Assembly (NCBI GenBank): GCA_022072445.1
Contig: JAJVHV010000030.1
Location: 5,971 to 69,970 of the forward strand
Length of the DNA: 64,000 bases
From: Phycisphaerae bacterium
GTDB lineage: Bacteria > Planctomycetota > Phycisphaerae > UBA1845 > Fen-1342
Reading direction: 5' to 3'
Below, piece after piece: positions 10,452 to 18,751 of this stretch (within the stretch, counting starts at the first letter, position 1; each line of letters opens with the position of its first letter). The notes beneath the pieces are model-generated. The model saw nothing but the letters and a program-made list of their open reading frames with translations, made no database searches and was not told where the DNA came from. Both the position numbers and the translations under genes were made by a program.

Positions 10452-11380
10452 TGGGCGAGCACTTCGCCGACGCGCTGCTCGCCCGGATTCGGGAGCTGCG
10501 CGCCCCGGCCGCGGTCGGGCTCGATCCGCTCGCCGCGCGTCTGCCGCCCGAGCTGCGCGTCGACCCCGACGATGACGTCGCCGCCGCCGCCGCGTTCGAA
10601 GCCTTCGGCCGCGGCGTGATCGACACCGTCGCGCCGCTGGTCCCGGCGATCAAGATCAACTCCGCGTTCTTCGAAGCGCAGCACGAGCACGGCGTCGCGG
10701 CCTATTTCCGGCTGATCGCCCACGCCCGGCAGCGCGGCCTGCTGGTCATCGGCGACGTGAAGCGCGGCGACATCGGCTCAACCGCCGCACTCTACGCCCG
10801 CGGCCACCTCAGCGGCCGCGCGGCGCCCGACGCCGTCACGCTCGCCGGCTATCTGGGTGAAAACGCGGTCCGGCCGTTTGTCGACGTTTGCCGTGCCGAG
10901 CAGCGCGGCGTGTTCGTGCTCGTCCGACCGTCCGATCCGGGCGCTGACGAAGTTCACGAATTCGCAGGTGCTGCCGGTGCGACGCCCGGCTCGGCACGCC
11001 CGTTCTATCGTCACATGGCATCGCTGGTGGCGCGCTGGGGCAGCGACAGCGATCTGATCGGTCGGAGTGGGTACTCGTGCGTCGGCGCCGTGGTCGCGGC
11101 GAAGGACGCCGCCAGCACGCGCGCCCTGCGCGACGCCATGCCTGGCACGCTATTCCTGGTTCCCGGTTACGGCGCGCAGGGCGCTACCGCCGAAGCGTGC
11201 CGAAACTGCCTGAACGCCGACGGCCTGGGCGCGATCGTCAACGCGTCGCGCTCCGTCATCTTCGCCTACCTGGACGCCGGCGTCGCGGAGCGCGGCGGGG
11301 GCGACTGGCGCCGCTGCGTGCGGCTGGCGTGCGAAGATTTCGTCGCCGATCTACGCCGCGCGGGCCTGGCGCCCGCGTAG
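10451..11380 (+). CDS. pyrF: orotidine-5'-phosphate decarboxylase (type 2)
   Basis: ORF 10448..11380 (TTG, then ATG 10451 overlapping the bcp stop as TGATG). AVGLDP, AIKINSAFFE and GDVKRGDIGSTA motifs. Confidence 0.85.
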   Translation: MGEHFADALLARIRELRAPAAVGLDPLAARLPPELRVDPDDDVAAAAAFEAFGRGVIDTVAPLVPAIKINSAFFEAQHEHGVAAYFRLIAHARQRGLLVIGDVKRGDIGSTAALYARGHLSGRAAPDAVTLAGYLGENAVRPFVDVCRAEQRGVFVLVRPSDPGADEVHEFAGAAGATPGSARPFYRHMASLVARWGSDSDLIGRSGYSCVGAVVAAKDAASTRALRDAMPGTLFLVPGYGAQGATAEACRNCLNADGLGAIVNASRSVIFAYLDAGVAERGGGDWRRCVRLACEDFVADLRRAGLAPA

Positions 11381-11462
11381 CACAGCCGCCCCGGCCGCGC
11401 TCCCACCTGCACGCTTGGGTGCTTGGGCGAGCCGCGGCACATCCACTCCAGGTAGCCGACCG

Positions 11463-12083
11463 TCAGAGCGCCGGAATCAGCTTCTTGCTCAGCAGATACT
11501 CGATGACCTGCGTGGCGGCGTCGGCGACGCTCATGGTGGTGTTGACGATGGTCAGCTCGGGCTTGAGCGGCGCTTCGTAAGGCGCCGAAATGCCGGTGAA
11601 CTCCTTGATCTCCCCGGCGCGGGCCTTCTTGTAAAGCCCCTTCGGATCGCGCGTCTCGCAGATTTCCACCGGTACGTCGACGTGCACCTCGACGAACGGC
11701 AGCTTACCTTCCTCGTGAATCTTCCGCACCAGGTCGCGATCCGCGCGATACGGGCTGATAAAGCTCGTCAGCGTGATCACGCCCGTGTCCGCAAAAAGCT
11801 TGGCCACCTCGCCGATGCGACGAATGTTCTCGGTGCGGTCTTCGGGCGAAAAGCCGAGGTTCTTGTTCAGGCCGTGGCGGATGTTGTCGCCGTCCAGCAC
11901 GTACGAGAGGTGGCCGCGTTCGACCAGTGCGTGTTCGACCGTGTAGGCGATCGTGCTCTTCCCGCTGCCCGACAGCCCGGTAAACCAGATCGTGGTTCCG
12001 CGCTGCTTGAGCATGCCGTAGCGCTGCTCGCGGTCGACGTGTCCGTGGTGCCAGGTGACGTTGGTGGCGGCGATCTTGGTCAT
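11463..12083 (-). CDS. cysC: adenylyl-sulfate (APS) kinase
   Basis: ORF 11463..12620, but the conserved protein begins at ATG 12083 ([13 protein letters not shown]). P-loop [31 protein letters not shown]. Confidence 0.9.
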   Translation of the reverse strand: MTKIAATNVTWHHGHVDREQRYGMLKQRGTTIWFTGLSGSGKSTIAYTVEHALVERGHLSYVLDGDNIRHGLNKNLGFSPEDRTENIRRIGEVAKLFADTGVITLTSFISPYRADRDLVRKIHEEGKLPFVEVHVDVPVEICETRDPKGLYKKARAGEIKEFTGISAPYEAPLKPELTIVNTTMSVADAATQVIEYLLSKKLIPAL

Positions 12084-12320
12084 GTGTGGGCTTCCGTTTC
12101 GGAATATCGGGTTTCGGGTCGAACGCGGTAGGATAGGCTGGCGACGAGTCGCCGACAACCATCGGCGGCGGGCGCCACGGCCCGCGCGTGCGCTGTCGCC
12201 GCACCCATCGGCACGTTCACCTGGGGCCGATAATCGGCGCGCCCGAATTCGGGTGATTGACCCGACACTTTGCCCGTCCGACAATGACACCGAAAGTCCG
12301 GGCGGAAACGGAGAGCACGC

Positions 12321-12536
12321 ATGAAGATGTTCCGGTCTCGTAAGTGGATCACGCTGTTGACGCTCGGGGCCGCGCTGCCGGCGATCGCCGCAAGCTGCAC
12401 CGAGGCCCAGTCGCTCGTGGGCGGCACGTCGTTCGACGCGCTGCGCGACAGCTTCAGCACCAGCGGACAGCAGGTCAGTCCGTCCGGGGTTCAACGGATA
12501 TCGGGCCTGCGCCTGATCGCGCCCAGCCGGCCGTAG
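12321..12536 (+). CDS. small putative lipoprotein
   Basis: [26 protein letters not shown] signal/lipobox. GGAG-like sequence upstream of the ATG, and a hairpin terminator downstream. Confidence 0.45.
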   Translation: MKMFRSRKWITLLTLGAALPAIAASCTEAQSLVGGTSFDALRDSFSTSGQQVSPSGVQRISGLRLIAPSRP

Positions 12537-12571
12537 GCGGCGGTCCGCAGCAGCTCGAGCGCTGAGAGAAG

Positions 12572-12606
12572 AAGCCGCGCCCATGGACGGGCGCGGCTTT
12601 CTTTCG
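12572..12606. terminator. GC-rich hairpin with flanking T/C-rich tracts (possible bidirectional terminator)
   Basis: agccgcgcc (12573-12581) pairs with ggcgcggct (12590-12598), followed by tttctttcgt. It lies between the small lipoprotein gene (+) and the last hsp20 gene (-). Confidence 0.5.
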
Positions 12607-12774
12607 TCATCGCGGCACATCGTATCGGGTGGAATGCCCTTGATTGGGAAGCGGCATGCTCTCGCCGTCAGACGTGAACATGCGGTGTTCTGGGTGACAT
12701 GCTTACGCCCGGCGGCGAAAGCAAGCCACCCATGCCACTCAAGCCTAGTCCACCCACGCCGAATCCAACCGAGC

Positions 12775-13263
12775 CTACTCCGTCCGCACCTTGACGGTCT
12801 TCGGCTTGGCCCCGGCGCTCTTGCCGACGCGAATTGTCAGCACGCCGTCCTTGAATGACGCGTCGACGTCGTCGGCGTCCACGCCGCTCGGCAGGCGGAT
12901 ACTGCGCTGAAATCCGCCGAACTGCCGCTCGACGTAGTGGTAATTCTTCTGCTTCTCTTCGCGATCCGAGCGCTTTTCGCCGCGGACCGTCAGCACGTCG
13001 CCGCTGATCTCGACGTCGACGGCGTCTGGATTGACGCCCGGCAGCTCCATCGTGACCGTGACGGCGTCGGCCGTATCGGCCAGGTCGGTGCGCGGCATGG
13101 CGATCAAGTCCTCGTCGGCCTGCTCCCACGGCCAGGCGAACGGATCGCGCATGAAGCGCTCCAGGACGGACTCCATCTGGTCGCGCAGCAGCGACAGCGG
13201 CTGGTCAATCGGCGCCAGCGCGCTTCCTACCTCTCGCTTTCGTCTCCACGGAACGAGTTTCAT
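12775..13263 (-). CDS. Hsp20/alpha-crystallin family small heat-shock protein
   Basis: Alpha-crystallin domain: [39 protein letters not shown] ... [29 protein letters not shown]. Confidence 0.9.
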   Translation of the reverse strand: MKLVPWRRKREVGSALAPIDQPLSLLRDQMESVLERFMRDPFAWPWEQADEDLIAMPRTDLADTADAVTVTMELPGVNPDAVDVEISGDVLTVRGEKRSDREEKQKNYHYVERQFGGFQRSIRLPSGVDADDVDASFKDGVLTIRVGKSAGAKPKTVKVRTE

Positions 13264-13348
13264 GTCGAACCTCCTTCCTCGTCAGTTCAGAACTGCGCTC
13301 CGGACAGCTCAGCCGGAGCATACGTCTGGTTCCTTGCGTGGTTGCATG

Positions 13349-13747
13349 TCACGTCGGCTTGACGGCAATCTTCCGCGGCCGAAGCGCGCGGACCTTCGGC
13401 AAATGAAGCGTCAGCACGCCGTCCTTCAGTTCGGCCTCGATCTTCTCGGCGTCAATTCCTTCGCCGATCGTGAAGGCACGATGAAAGTCCCCGACGCCGT
13501 ACTCGCGCCGCAGGTAGCGCGTTCCTGCTTCCTGCCGCGGCTTGACGGTGCCGCGGATCGTCAGTTCGCCGCGCTCGTAGCGCACGTCGACGCCCTCGCT
13601 GGATACGCCGGGCATGTCGGCCAGCAGCAGCAGCTCTTCGGGCGTCTCGACGATGTCAACGAAGGGCACGTAGGTCCGGCCAGCCTGCACGCGCTCGGGC
13701 TTGACGTCCTGGGCGCAGCACGCGTTGTTATTGTCATGTGTCGTCAT
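13349..13747 (-). CDS. Hsp20/alpha-crystallin family small heat-shock protein
   Basis: VDIVETPEELLLLADMPGVSSEGVDVRYERGELTIRG ... FHRAFTIGEGIDAEKIEAELKDGVLTLHLPK. Confidence 0.9.
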   Translation of the reverse strand: MTTHDNNNACCAQDVKPERVQAGRTYVPFVDIVETPEELLLLADMPGVSSEGVDVRYERGELTIRGTVKPRQEAGTRYLRREYGVGDFHRAFTIGEGIDAEKIEAELKDGVLTLHLPKVRALRPRKIAVKPT

Positions 13748-13795
13748 GGTAAATCTCTCCCGCGGGCGCGGCTTCGCCGCCGCCCGTTGTCCTGG

Positions 13796-14233
13796 TTAGT
13801 TGGTTCGCACCGTGATCTTCCGCGGCAGGGCCTCGGGCGACTTGGTCAGCCGCACGGTCAACACGCCGTCGCGCAGCGTCGCGTCGACGTGCTCCGGATC
13901 GACGCGGCAGGGCAGCGTCACGACGCGCGAGAACTCGCCGACGCCGCGCTCCCGTCGCTGATACGTCCGCTCGGCGCCGTCGTGCCGCTCGCGTGAGCCC
14001 TTGATGACGAGTTCGTCGCCGGCGGTGGTAATCTCCACGTCCTCGCGCCGCACGCCGGGGACTTCGGCCTCGATCATCACGCTCTGCTGATCTTCCCAGA
14101 CGTTGATGGCCGGGAACGTCGCCGCACCGCCGAGCTCCGTCGCGACCCGGAATCCGAGATCGTCGAAGAGCCGGCCCATCTGCCGCTGAAGATCGTCCAG
14201 CGGATTCCACAGCAGTGAATTCCTACGCAGCAT
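13796..14233 (-). CDS. Hsp20/alpha-crystallin family small heat-shock protein
   Basis: INVWEDQQSVMIEAEVPGVRREDVEITTAGDELVIKG ... FSRVVTLPCRVDPEHVDATLRDGVLTVRL. GGAAAGGAG Shine-Dalgarno upstream of the ATG. Confidence 0.9.
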   Translation of the reverse strand: MLRRNSLLWNPLDDLQRQMGRLFDDLGFRVATELGGAATFPAINVWEDQQSVMIEAEVPGVRREDVEITTAGDELVIKGSRERHDGAERTYQRRERGVGEFSRVVTLPCRVDPEHVDATLRDGVLTVRLTKSPEALPRKITVRTN

Positions 14234-14302
14234 CGGATGTTCTCCTTTCCGGTCATGCGTGCACGTCGCTGCGCGGGCTTATCATCCGCCGTGCCAGGTC
14301 GG

Positions 14303-14350
14303 TGTATTCACATAACTACTTATGTTGTAATAGGTTATGAGATTCTGAGC
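14303..14350. promoter_or_regulatory. AT-rich divergent control region with perfect palindrome ACATAA-N4-TTATGT
   Basis: This is the only AT-rich stretch between hsp20 (-) and lepA (+). The palindrome lies at 14310-14325. It does not match CIRCE or HAIR consensus sequences. Confidence 0.3.
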
Positions 14351-14515
14351 GGCGAAGGGCTTCGTCGCGGGGCTTGTCAATCTGGCAGCCTGGCAGGCAG
14401 TCGCACGGTCCGCGCCAGCAACCGCGCCGGCCACTACAATGCAGCGTTTCACCGCGCCGCGCAAGCGTGGCACGACGCGGCAGAATCGACCCGCGGCGAG
14501 AGCAACAGCGCAGAC

Positions 14516-16312
14516 ATGGACCCGGCCCGCATCCGCAACTTCTCGATCGTCGCGCACATCGACCACGGCAAGAGCACGCTCGCCGACCGCCTCCTGCAGC
14601 GCAGCGGCGCCGTGGCCGACCGCGACATGAAGGAGCAGATGCTCGATTCGATGGACCTGGAGCGCGAGCGCGGCATCACGATCAAAGCCAGCGCCGTCAC
14701 CATCTCGGTCACCGTCGACGGCCAGGAGCACATGCTCAATCTGATCGACACGCCCGGACACGTCGACTTTCATTACGAAGTGTCGCGGGCGCTGGCGGCG
14801 TGTGAAGGGGCGCTGCTCGTCGTCGACGCCACGCAGGGCGTCCAGGCCCAGACGGTGGCGAACGCCTACGCCGCCATCGCCGGCAACCTCGAGATCATCC
14901 CGGTGGTCAACAAGGTCGATCTGCCCGGCGCGCATCCGGAGGACACCGCCATCGAGATTGAGCACGTGCTGGGGATCGATTCCGGCCACGTGCAATTCGT
15001 GTCTGCCAAGACCGGCCTGGGGGTTGATGAGATGATTCGCGCGATCGTGCGGCACCTTCCGCCGCCGCGCGGCGACGCCGCGGCACCGCTTCAGGCGCTC
15101 GTATTCGACTCGATCTACGACGACTATCGCGGCGTGATCTGCTACATCCGGCTGTTCAACGGAACGATTCGCAAGGGGCAGAAGGTGCTGCTGATGGGCC
15201 GTGGGCGGCACTACGTGGTCACCGAGCTCGGCAAGCTCCGCCCGAAGATGTCGCCGATCGAGACGCTCGCCGCCGGCGAGGTCGGTTACGTCGTCGCGAA
15301 CATCAAGATGCTGCAGGACGTGACGGTGGGCGACACGATGACCGACGCGCTGACGCCGGCCGCCGAGCCGCTGCCGGGTTATCAGCCGCCCAAGCAGATG
15401 GTTTTCTGCGATTTTTATCCGGCGGGCGGGGAGGACTATTCGGAGTTGCGCGACGCACTGCAGCGGCTGAGCCTGAACGACGCGTCGTTCACGTTCGTCC
15501 CGGAGCACAGCGAGGCGCTCGGCTTTGGCTTCCGCTGCGGATTCCTGGGCCTGCTGCACATGGACATCGTGCAGGAGCGGCTGGAGCGGGAGGCGGGGAT
15601 CGACGTGGTGCAGACGGCGCCGTCGGTGACGTACGAAGTGCTGCTGAACGACGGCGCGCAGTTGCAGATCGACGCCGCCGGCGACCTGCCTTCGGCCGAC
15701 AAGTACCAGGAGCTGCGTGAGCCGATCGTCGAGGTGCAGTTGATTATTCCGGCCGACGCGGTGGGGGCGATCATGAAGCTGACCGAGCAGCGCCGCGGGG
15801 CCTACCGCAAGACCGAGTATCTTTCGACTTCGCGCGTGCTCATGACGTACCACATGCCCTTCAACGAGATTCTCTACGATTTCTATGACAAGCTCAAGAG
15901 CGTGACCCGCGGCTATGGGACGATGGACTACCACTTCATCGGCTACCAGGCCAGCGACCTGGTGAAGCTCGACATTCTGGTCAACAGCGTCGCCGTCGAC
16001 GCCCTTTCGGTCATTCTGCACCGCTCGAACGCCGAGCGCCGCGGGCGGCGCATCATCGCCCGCCTGCGTGAGGAGATCGACAAGCACCTGTTTGAAATTC
16101 CGCTTCAGGCCGCGATCGGCTCGCGCGTTATCGCCCGCGAGACCATCAAGGCCATGCGCAAGAACGTGACGGCGAAGTGCTATGGCGGCGACGTGACCCG
16201 CAAGCGCAAGCTGCTGGAGAAGCAGAAAGAGGGCAAGAAACGGATGAAGACGGTGGGGCGGGTGGATATTCCGCAGAAGGCGTTCATGACGGTGCTGGAG
16301 CCGGAGGAGTAG
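14516..16312 (+). CDS. lepA: elongation factor 4 (LepA)
   Basis: ORF 14237..16312; conserved start ATG 14516 (MDPARIRNFSIVAHIDHGKSTLADRLL). G-domain motifs DTPGH and NKVD. C-terminal LepA-specific [25 protein letters not shown]. Confidence 0.95.
   Translation: MDPARIRNFSIVAHIDHGKSTLADRLLQRSGAVADRDMKEQMLDSMDLERERGITIKASAVTISVTVDGQEHMLNLIDTPGHVDFHYEVSRALAACEGALLVVDATQGVQAQTVANAYAAIAGNLEIIPVVNKVDLPGAHPEDTAIEIEHVLGIDSGHVQFVSAKTGLGVDEMIRAIVRHLPPPRGDAAAPLQALVFDSIYDDYRGVICYIRLFNGTIRKGQKVLLMGRGRHYVVTELGKLRPKMSPIETLAAGEVGYVVANIKMLQDVTVGDTMTDALTPAAEPLPGYQPPKQMVFCDFYPAGGEDYSELRDALQRLSLNDASFTFVPEHSEALGFGFRCGFLGLLHMDIVQERLEREAGIDVVQTAPSVTYEVLLNDGAQLQIDAAGDLPSADKYQELREPIVEVQLIIPADAVGAIMKLTEQRRGAYRKTEYLSTSRVLMTYHMPFNEILYDFYDKLKSVTRGYGTMDYHFIGYQASDLVKLDILVNSVAVDALSVILHRSNAERRGRRIIARLREEIDKHLFEIPLQAAIGSRVIARETIKAMRKNVTAKCYGGDVTRKRKLLEKQKEGKKRMKTVGRVDIPQKAFMTVLEPEE
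16061..16312 (+). repeat. direct repeat copy A (lepA 3' end, part of the intact gene)
   Basis: 252 nt, matching 17507..17758 at 249/252 positions. The differences are at 16198, 16201 and 16211. Confidence 0.95.
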
Positions 16313-16350
16313 GCGGGCGTACTGTGCGATGTATCGGTGCAGGGAGGTGC

Positions 16351-16779
16351 GTGAATGAACCCGTCGGACTTCCTTATGATGCTGGCGGTGCTCCTTGGGC
16401 GGTTCTCGCGGTTCAGGTGCAGAAGTGGCTCGAGCTGCTTCGTGCGAGCAAACGTCGCCGTCACGAGCTCTTTCGGACTCTCATGACCACTCGAGCCAGT
16501 CGAATCTCACCGGCTCACGTCGAAGCCCTGAACATGATCGATCTAGACTTCGCCGCGGCTAACGACCGTGACAAAGCCGTTCGGATGCCTGGCGGGTCTA
16601 CCACGATCATTCGAACACGCCTGACGATGACAACGAATCGGTGGCCGGGCGATGAGCTGTTCGTCGAGCGCGGCAGCCGGCCCGCAGAGCACTGGCGATC
16701 CGAGGCAACGTAGGGCAGGGTGAACTGGAGCCAGGAGCGACGCTTCCTGAGCGCGGTAGAATAGTCTTGGAGAGTATCG
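16351..16779 (+). pseudogene. degraded ORF with apparent frameshifts (DUF6680-like by recollection)
   Basis: GTG 16351 follows GGGAGG. WAVLAVQVQKWLELLRASKRRRHELFRTLMTTRASRISPAHVEALNMIDLDF reads well. The protein-like sequence then continues in another frame (DAWRVYHDHSNTPDDDNESV from ~16575), returns (GDELFVE) and shifts again (GELEPGATLPERG). Confidence 0.35.
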
Positions 16780-17046
16780 ATGACCCTGCACATCCCGCTG
16801 ACGGCGGAATCGGAAGCCCGACTGCGCGAATACGCCGCCGCGGTCGGGAAGGACGTTACTAGCCTGGTTGCGGAGGCCATTGAGGAGAAGCTGTCCCTGC
16901 TCGACGGCGCGCGGGAAGCGCAACGGCGTCCGCGCACGACCGAAGAGTGGCTGGCGGAGTTCGACGCTTGGGTGGACAGCCACAAACCGGCCGGAAACGT
17001 CGCGGACGACAGCCGTGAGGGCATCTATGAGGGGCGCGGCGAGTGA
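16780..17046 (+). CDS. ribbon-helix-helix-type antitoxin (VapB-like)
   Basis: MTLHIPLTAESEARLREYAAAVGKDVTSLVAEAIEEKL RHH-like N-terminus. The stop overlaps the PIN gene start (GTGA at 17043-17046). Confidence 0.7.
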   Translation: MTLHIPLTAESEARLREYAAAVGKDVTSLVAEAIEEKLSLLDGAREAQRRPRTTEEWLAEFDAWVDSHKPAGNVADDSREGIYEGRGE

Positions 17047-17501
17047 GAACGCTGCTGGACACCAACGTGCTCGCGCGCATCATCCAGAAATCTCATCCGC
17101 AGCACGAGGCCGCGCGGCGTTCGGTGCGCATCCTGCGAGCGCGTGACGGCGAATTGTGCATCGTCCCGCAAGTGCTCTACGAACTGTGGGTCGTCTGCAC
17201 GAAACCGGCAGGCTCCAATGGGATCGGCCTCAGCATCGCGTCCACACGGGCCGAAATGGCGTCGATCCTGCGATTCACCACGCTGTTTCGCGACGAGCGG
17301 GCGATCTTTGAGCACTGGGACCGCCTGGTCGCCACGCACGACGTGAAGGGCAAGTCCGCTCACGACGCACGGCTGGTGGCCGCCATGTTGCGGCACAAGT
17401 TGACGCACATCCTCACCTTCAACACAGGTGATTTTCGCCGCTACCCAGAGATCGAAGTTCTAACGCCCGCAACGATTGTTAGCGACGCGAGCCGCGGATG
17501 A
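17043..17501 (+). CDS. vapC: PIN-domain ribonuclease toxin (VapC family)
   Basis: GTG start. Acidic PIN residues occur in [23 protein letters not shown] and FNTGDF. Confidence 0.85.
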   Translation: MRTLLDTNVLARIIQKSHPQHEAARRSVRILRARDGELCIVPQVLYELWVVCTKPAGSNGIGLSIASTRAEMASILRFTTLFRDERAIFEHWDRLVATHDVKGKSAHDARLVAAMLRHKLTHILTFNTGDFRRYPEIEVLTPATIVSDASRG

Positions 17502-17506
17502 AGGGA

Positions 17507-17758
17507 CGCCTGCGTGAGGAGATCGACAAGCACCTGTTTGAAATTCCGCTTCAGGCCGCGATCGGCTCGCGCGTTATCGCCCGCGAGACCATCAAGGCCA
17601 TGCGCAAGAACGTGACGGCGAAGTGCTATGGCGGCGACGTGACGCGGAAGCGCAAGTTGCTGGAGAAGCAGAAAGAGGGCAAGAAACGGATGAAGACGGT
17701 GGGGCGGGTGGATATTCCGCAGAAGGCGTTCATGACGGTGCTGGAGCCGGAGGAGTAG
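17507..17758 (+). pseudogene. lepA 3' fragment (direct repeat copy B)
   Basis: Encodes the last 83 codons of LepA ([16 protein letters not shown]...VLEPEE*) with no 5' part. ORF 17498..17758 gains a fortuitous ATG overlapping the PIN stop. Confidence 0.9.
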
Positions 17759-17815
17759 CTCCCGGCGATTGTTCTGCCCGGAATCACTATCCTCGACCGT
17801 CCCTCCGCCGATAGA

Positions 17816-18046
17816 ATGGAAATGATGCCAGCCGAGCTTACGATCATCTACGAGCGCGGTGCCGAGGGTCGGTGGGTCGCAACCATCCCCGAAGTACCCG
17901 GCGCGTTCTCTCAGGGCAAGACCAAGGCCGAGGCCCGCGAGAACGTGTTGGACGCACTCAGCGAGTTGATGCTCGCGCGCCGAGATCGGGCGCTGCGAGA
18001 ACGCACCAGTTCCGGTGACGTCGAGACGGTGCCGCTGGCCGGTTAG
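17816..18046 (+). CDS. HicB-like (UPF0150) antitoxin-family protein, no HicA partner seen
   Basis: LTIIYERGAEGRWVATIPEVPGAFSQGKTKAEARENVLDALSELM matches the HicB N-terminal fold pattern. No DNA-binding C-terminal domain is present. Confidence 0.6.
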   Translation: MEMMPAELTIIYERGAEGRWVATIPEVPGAFSQGKTKAEARENVLDALSELMLARRDRALRERTSSGDVETVPLAG

Positions 18047-18204
18047 CGCTCCGCGGGTGGGTCGATCCTTCCCGCAGCAATTCGCAGCCTTGTTTGCGCA
18101 AATGTCGGACGAGCCTGGCGCGCTTCATACGTCCCTACATGGTCTCGCGGCTGCGGCGCGGCCTCTCGGCACCAGGACGCCTCCGCGCTGCTGCGCGCGG
18201 CAAC

Positions 18205-18741
18205 TCACACGTCACGTGTCGCAAGGTATGCGGCTCGCACCCGCTCCTCCACCGCCGGCCACCACAGCCGCTCCTCCGCCCCGAAAAACCGCCGCAATTC
18301 AGCATCGACCCGCCGCCCGCTCGTCCGATCAAGAATCGGCGGACACTCCGGCAGCGGCAACGGCTCGTCCGGATCGAGTTCGAGCGTCTCCAGATACTCT
18401 GGCCACTGAACCTCGAGCGCGCCCCACGCAAACAACCGCCGCGCCCCGCGATCGAGCCGCAGCTCGATTCCCTCGTCGCCAATCCACACGCCAATCGACT
18501 CTGGCCACGCCGCCAGGAGCAGCCAGCGCACGCCGCGCAGCGCCAGCACTCCCGCGGCCAGAGCGGGTACCTGCAGCAGCCAGGCAATCGCGAGGTTGGA
18601 GTAGCGATCCGCGGCGGTTCCCACGTCGAACCGCAGGCCGCGCACGATGAGGTAGACCGGCAGTAGCGCCGCCGCCGCGAGAGCGAGGTACACCACGCCG
18701 CGGGTCGCGAAGGTCGCCCGGCTGATGGGCAGGTGCAGCAT
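18205..18741 (-). CDS. membrane protein of unknown function
   Basis: ORF 18205..18765 (TTG); alternative ATG 18741. Three hydrophobic helices, then a soluble acidic domain. Immediately downstream of the SDR gene. Confidence 0.45.
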   Translation of the reverse strand: MLHLPISRATFATRGVVYLALAAAALLPVYLIVRGLRFDVGTAADRYSNLAIAWLLQVPALAAGVLALRGVRWLLLAAWPESIGVWIGDEGIELRLDRGARRLFAWGALEVQWPEYLETLELDPDEPLPLPECPPILDRTSGRRVDAELRRFFGAEERLWWPAVEERVRAAYLATRDV

Positions 18742-18751
18742 GGCTGCGGGC

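Larger units (their letters stand above)
16313..17506 (+). mobile_element. 1.19-kb insertion cassette (degraded ORF + RHH/PIN toxin-antitoxin) bracketed by 252-bp direct repeats
   Basis: Unique DNA between two near-identical copies of the lepA 3' end. It carries no integrase or transposase, so it may be a remnant or a recombination-borne cassette. Confidence 0.5.

Noticed and set aside
16061-17758. lepA 3' duplication as an assembly artefact
   Set aside because: The two copies differ at three positions and have different unique flanks on each side (an intact lepA 5' part versus the PIN gene stop). A simple collapsed or expanded repeat would not produce this. Long-read confirmation is still desirable.
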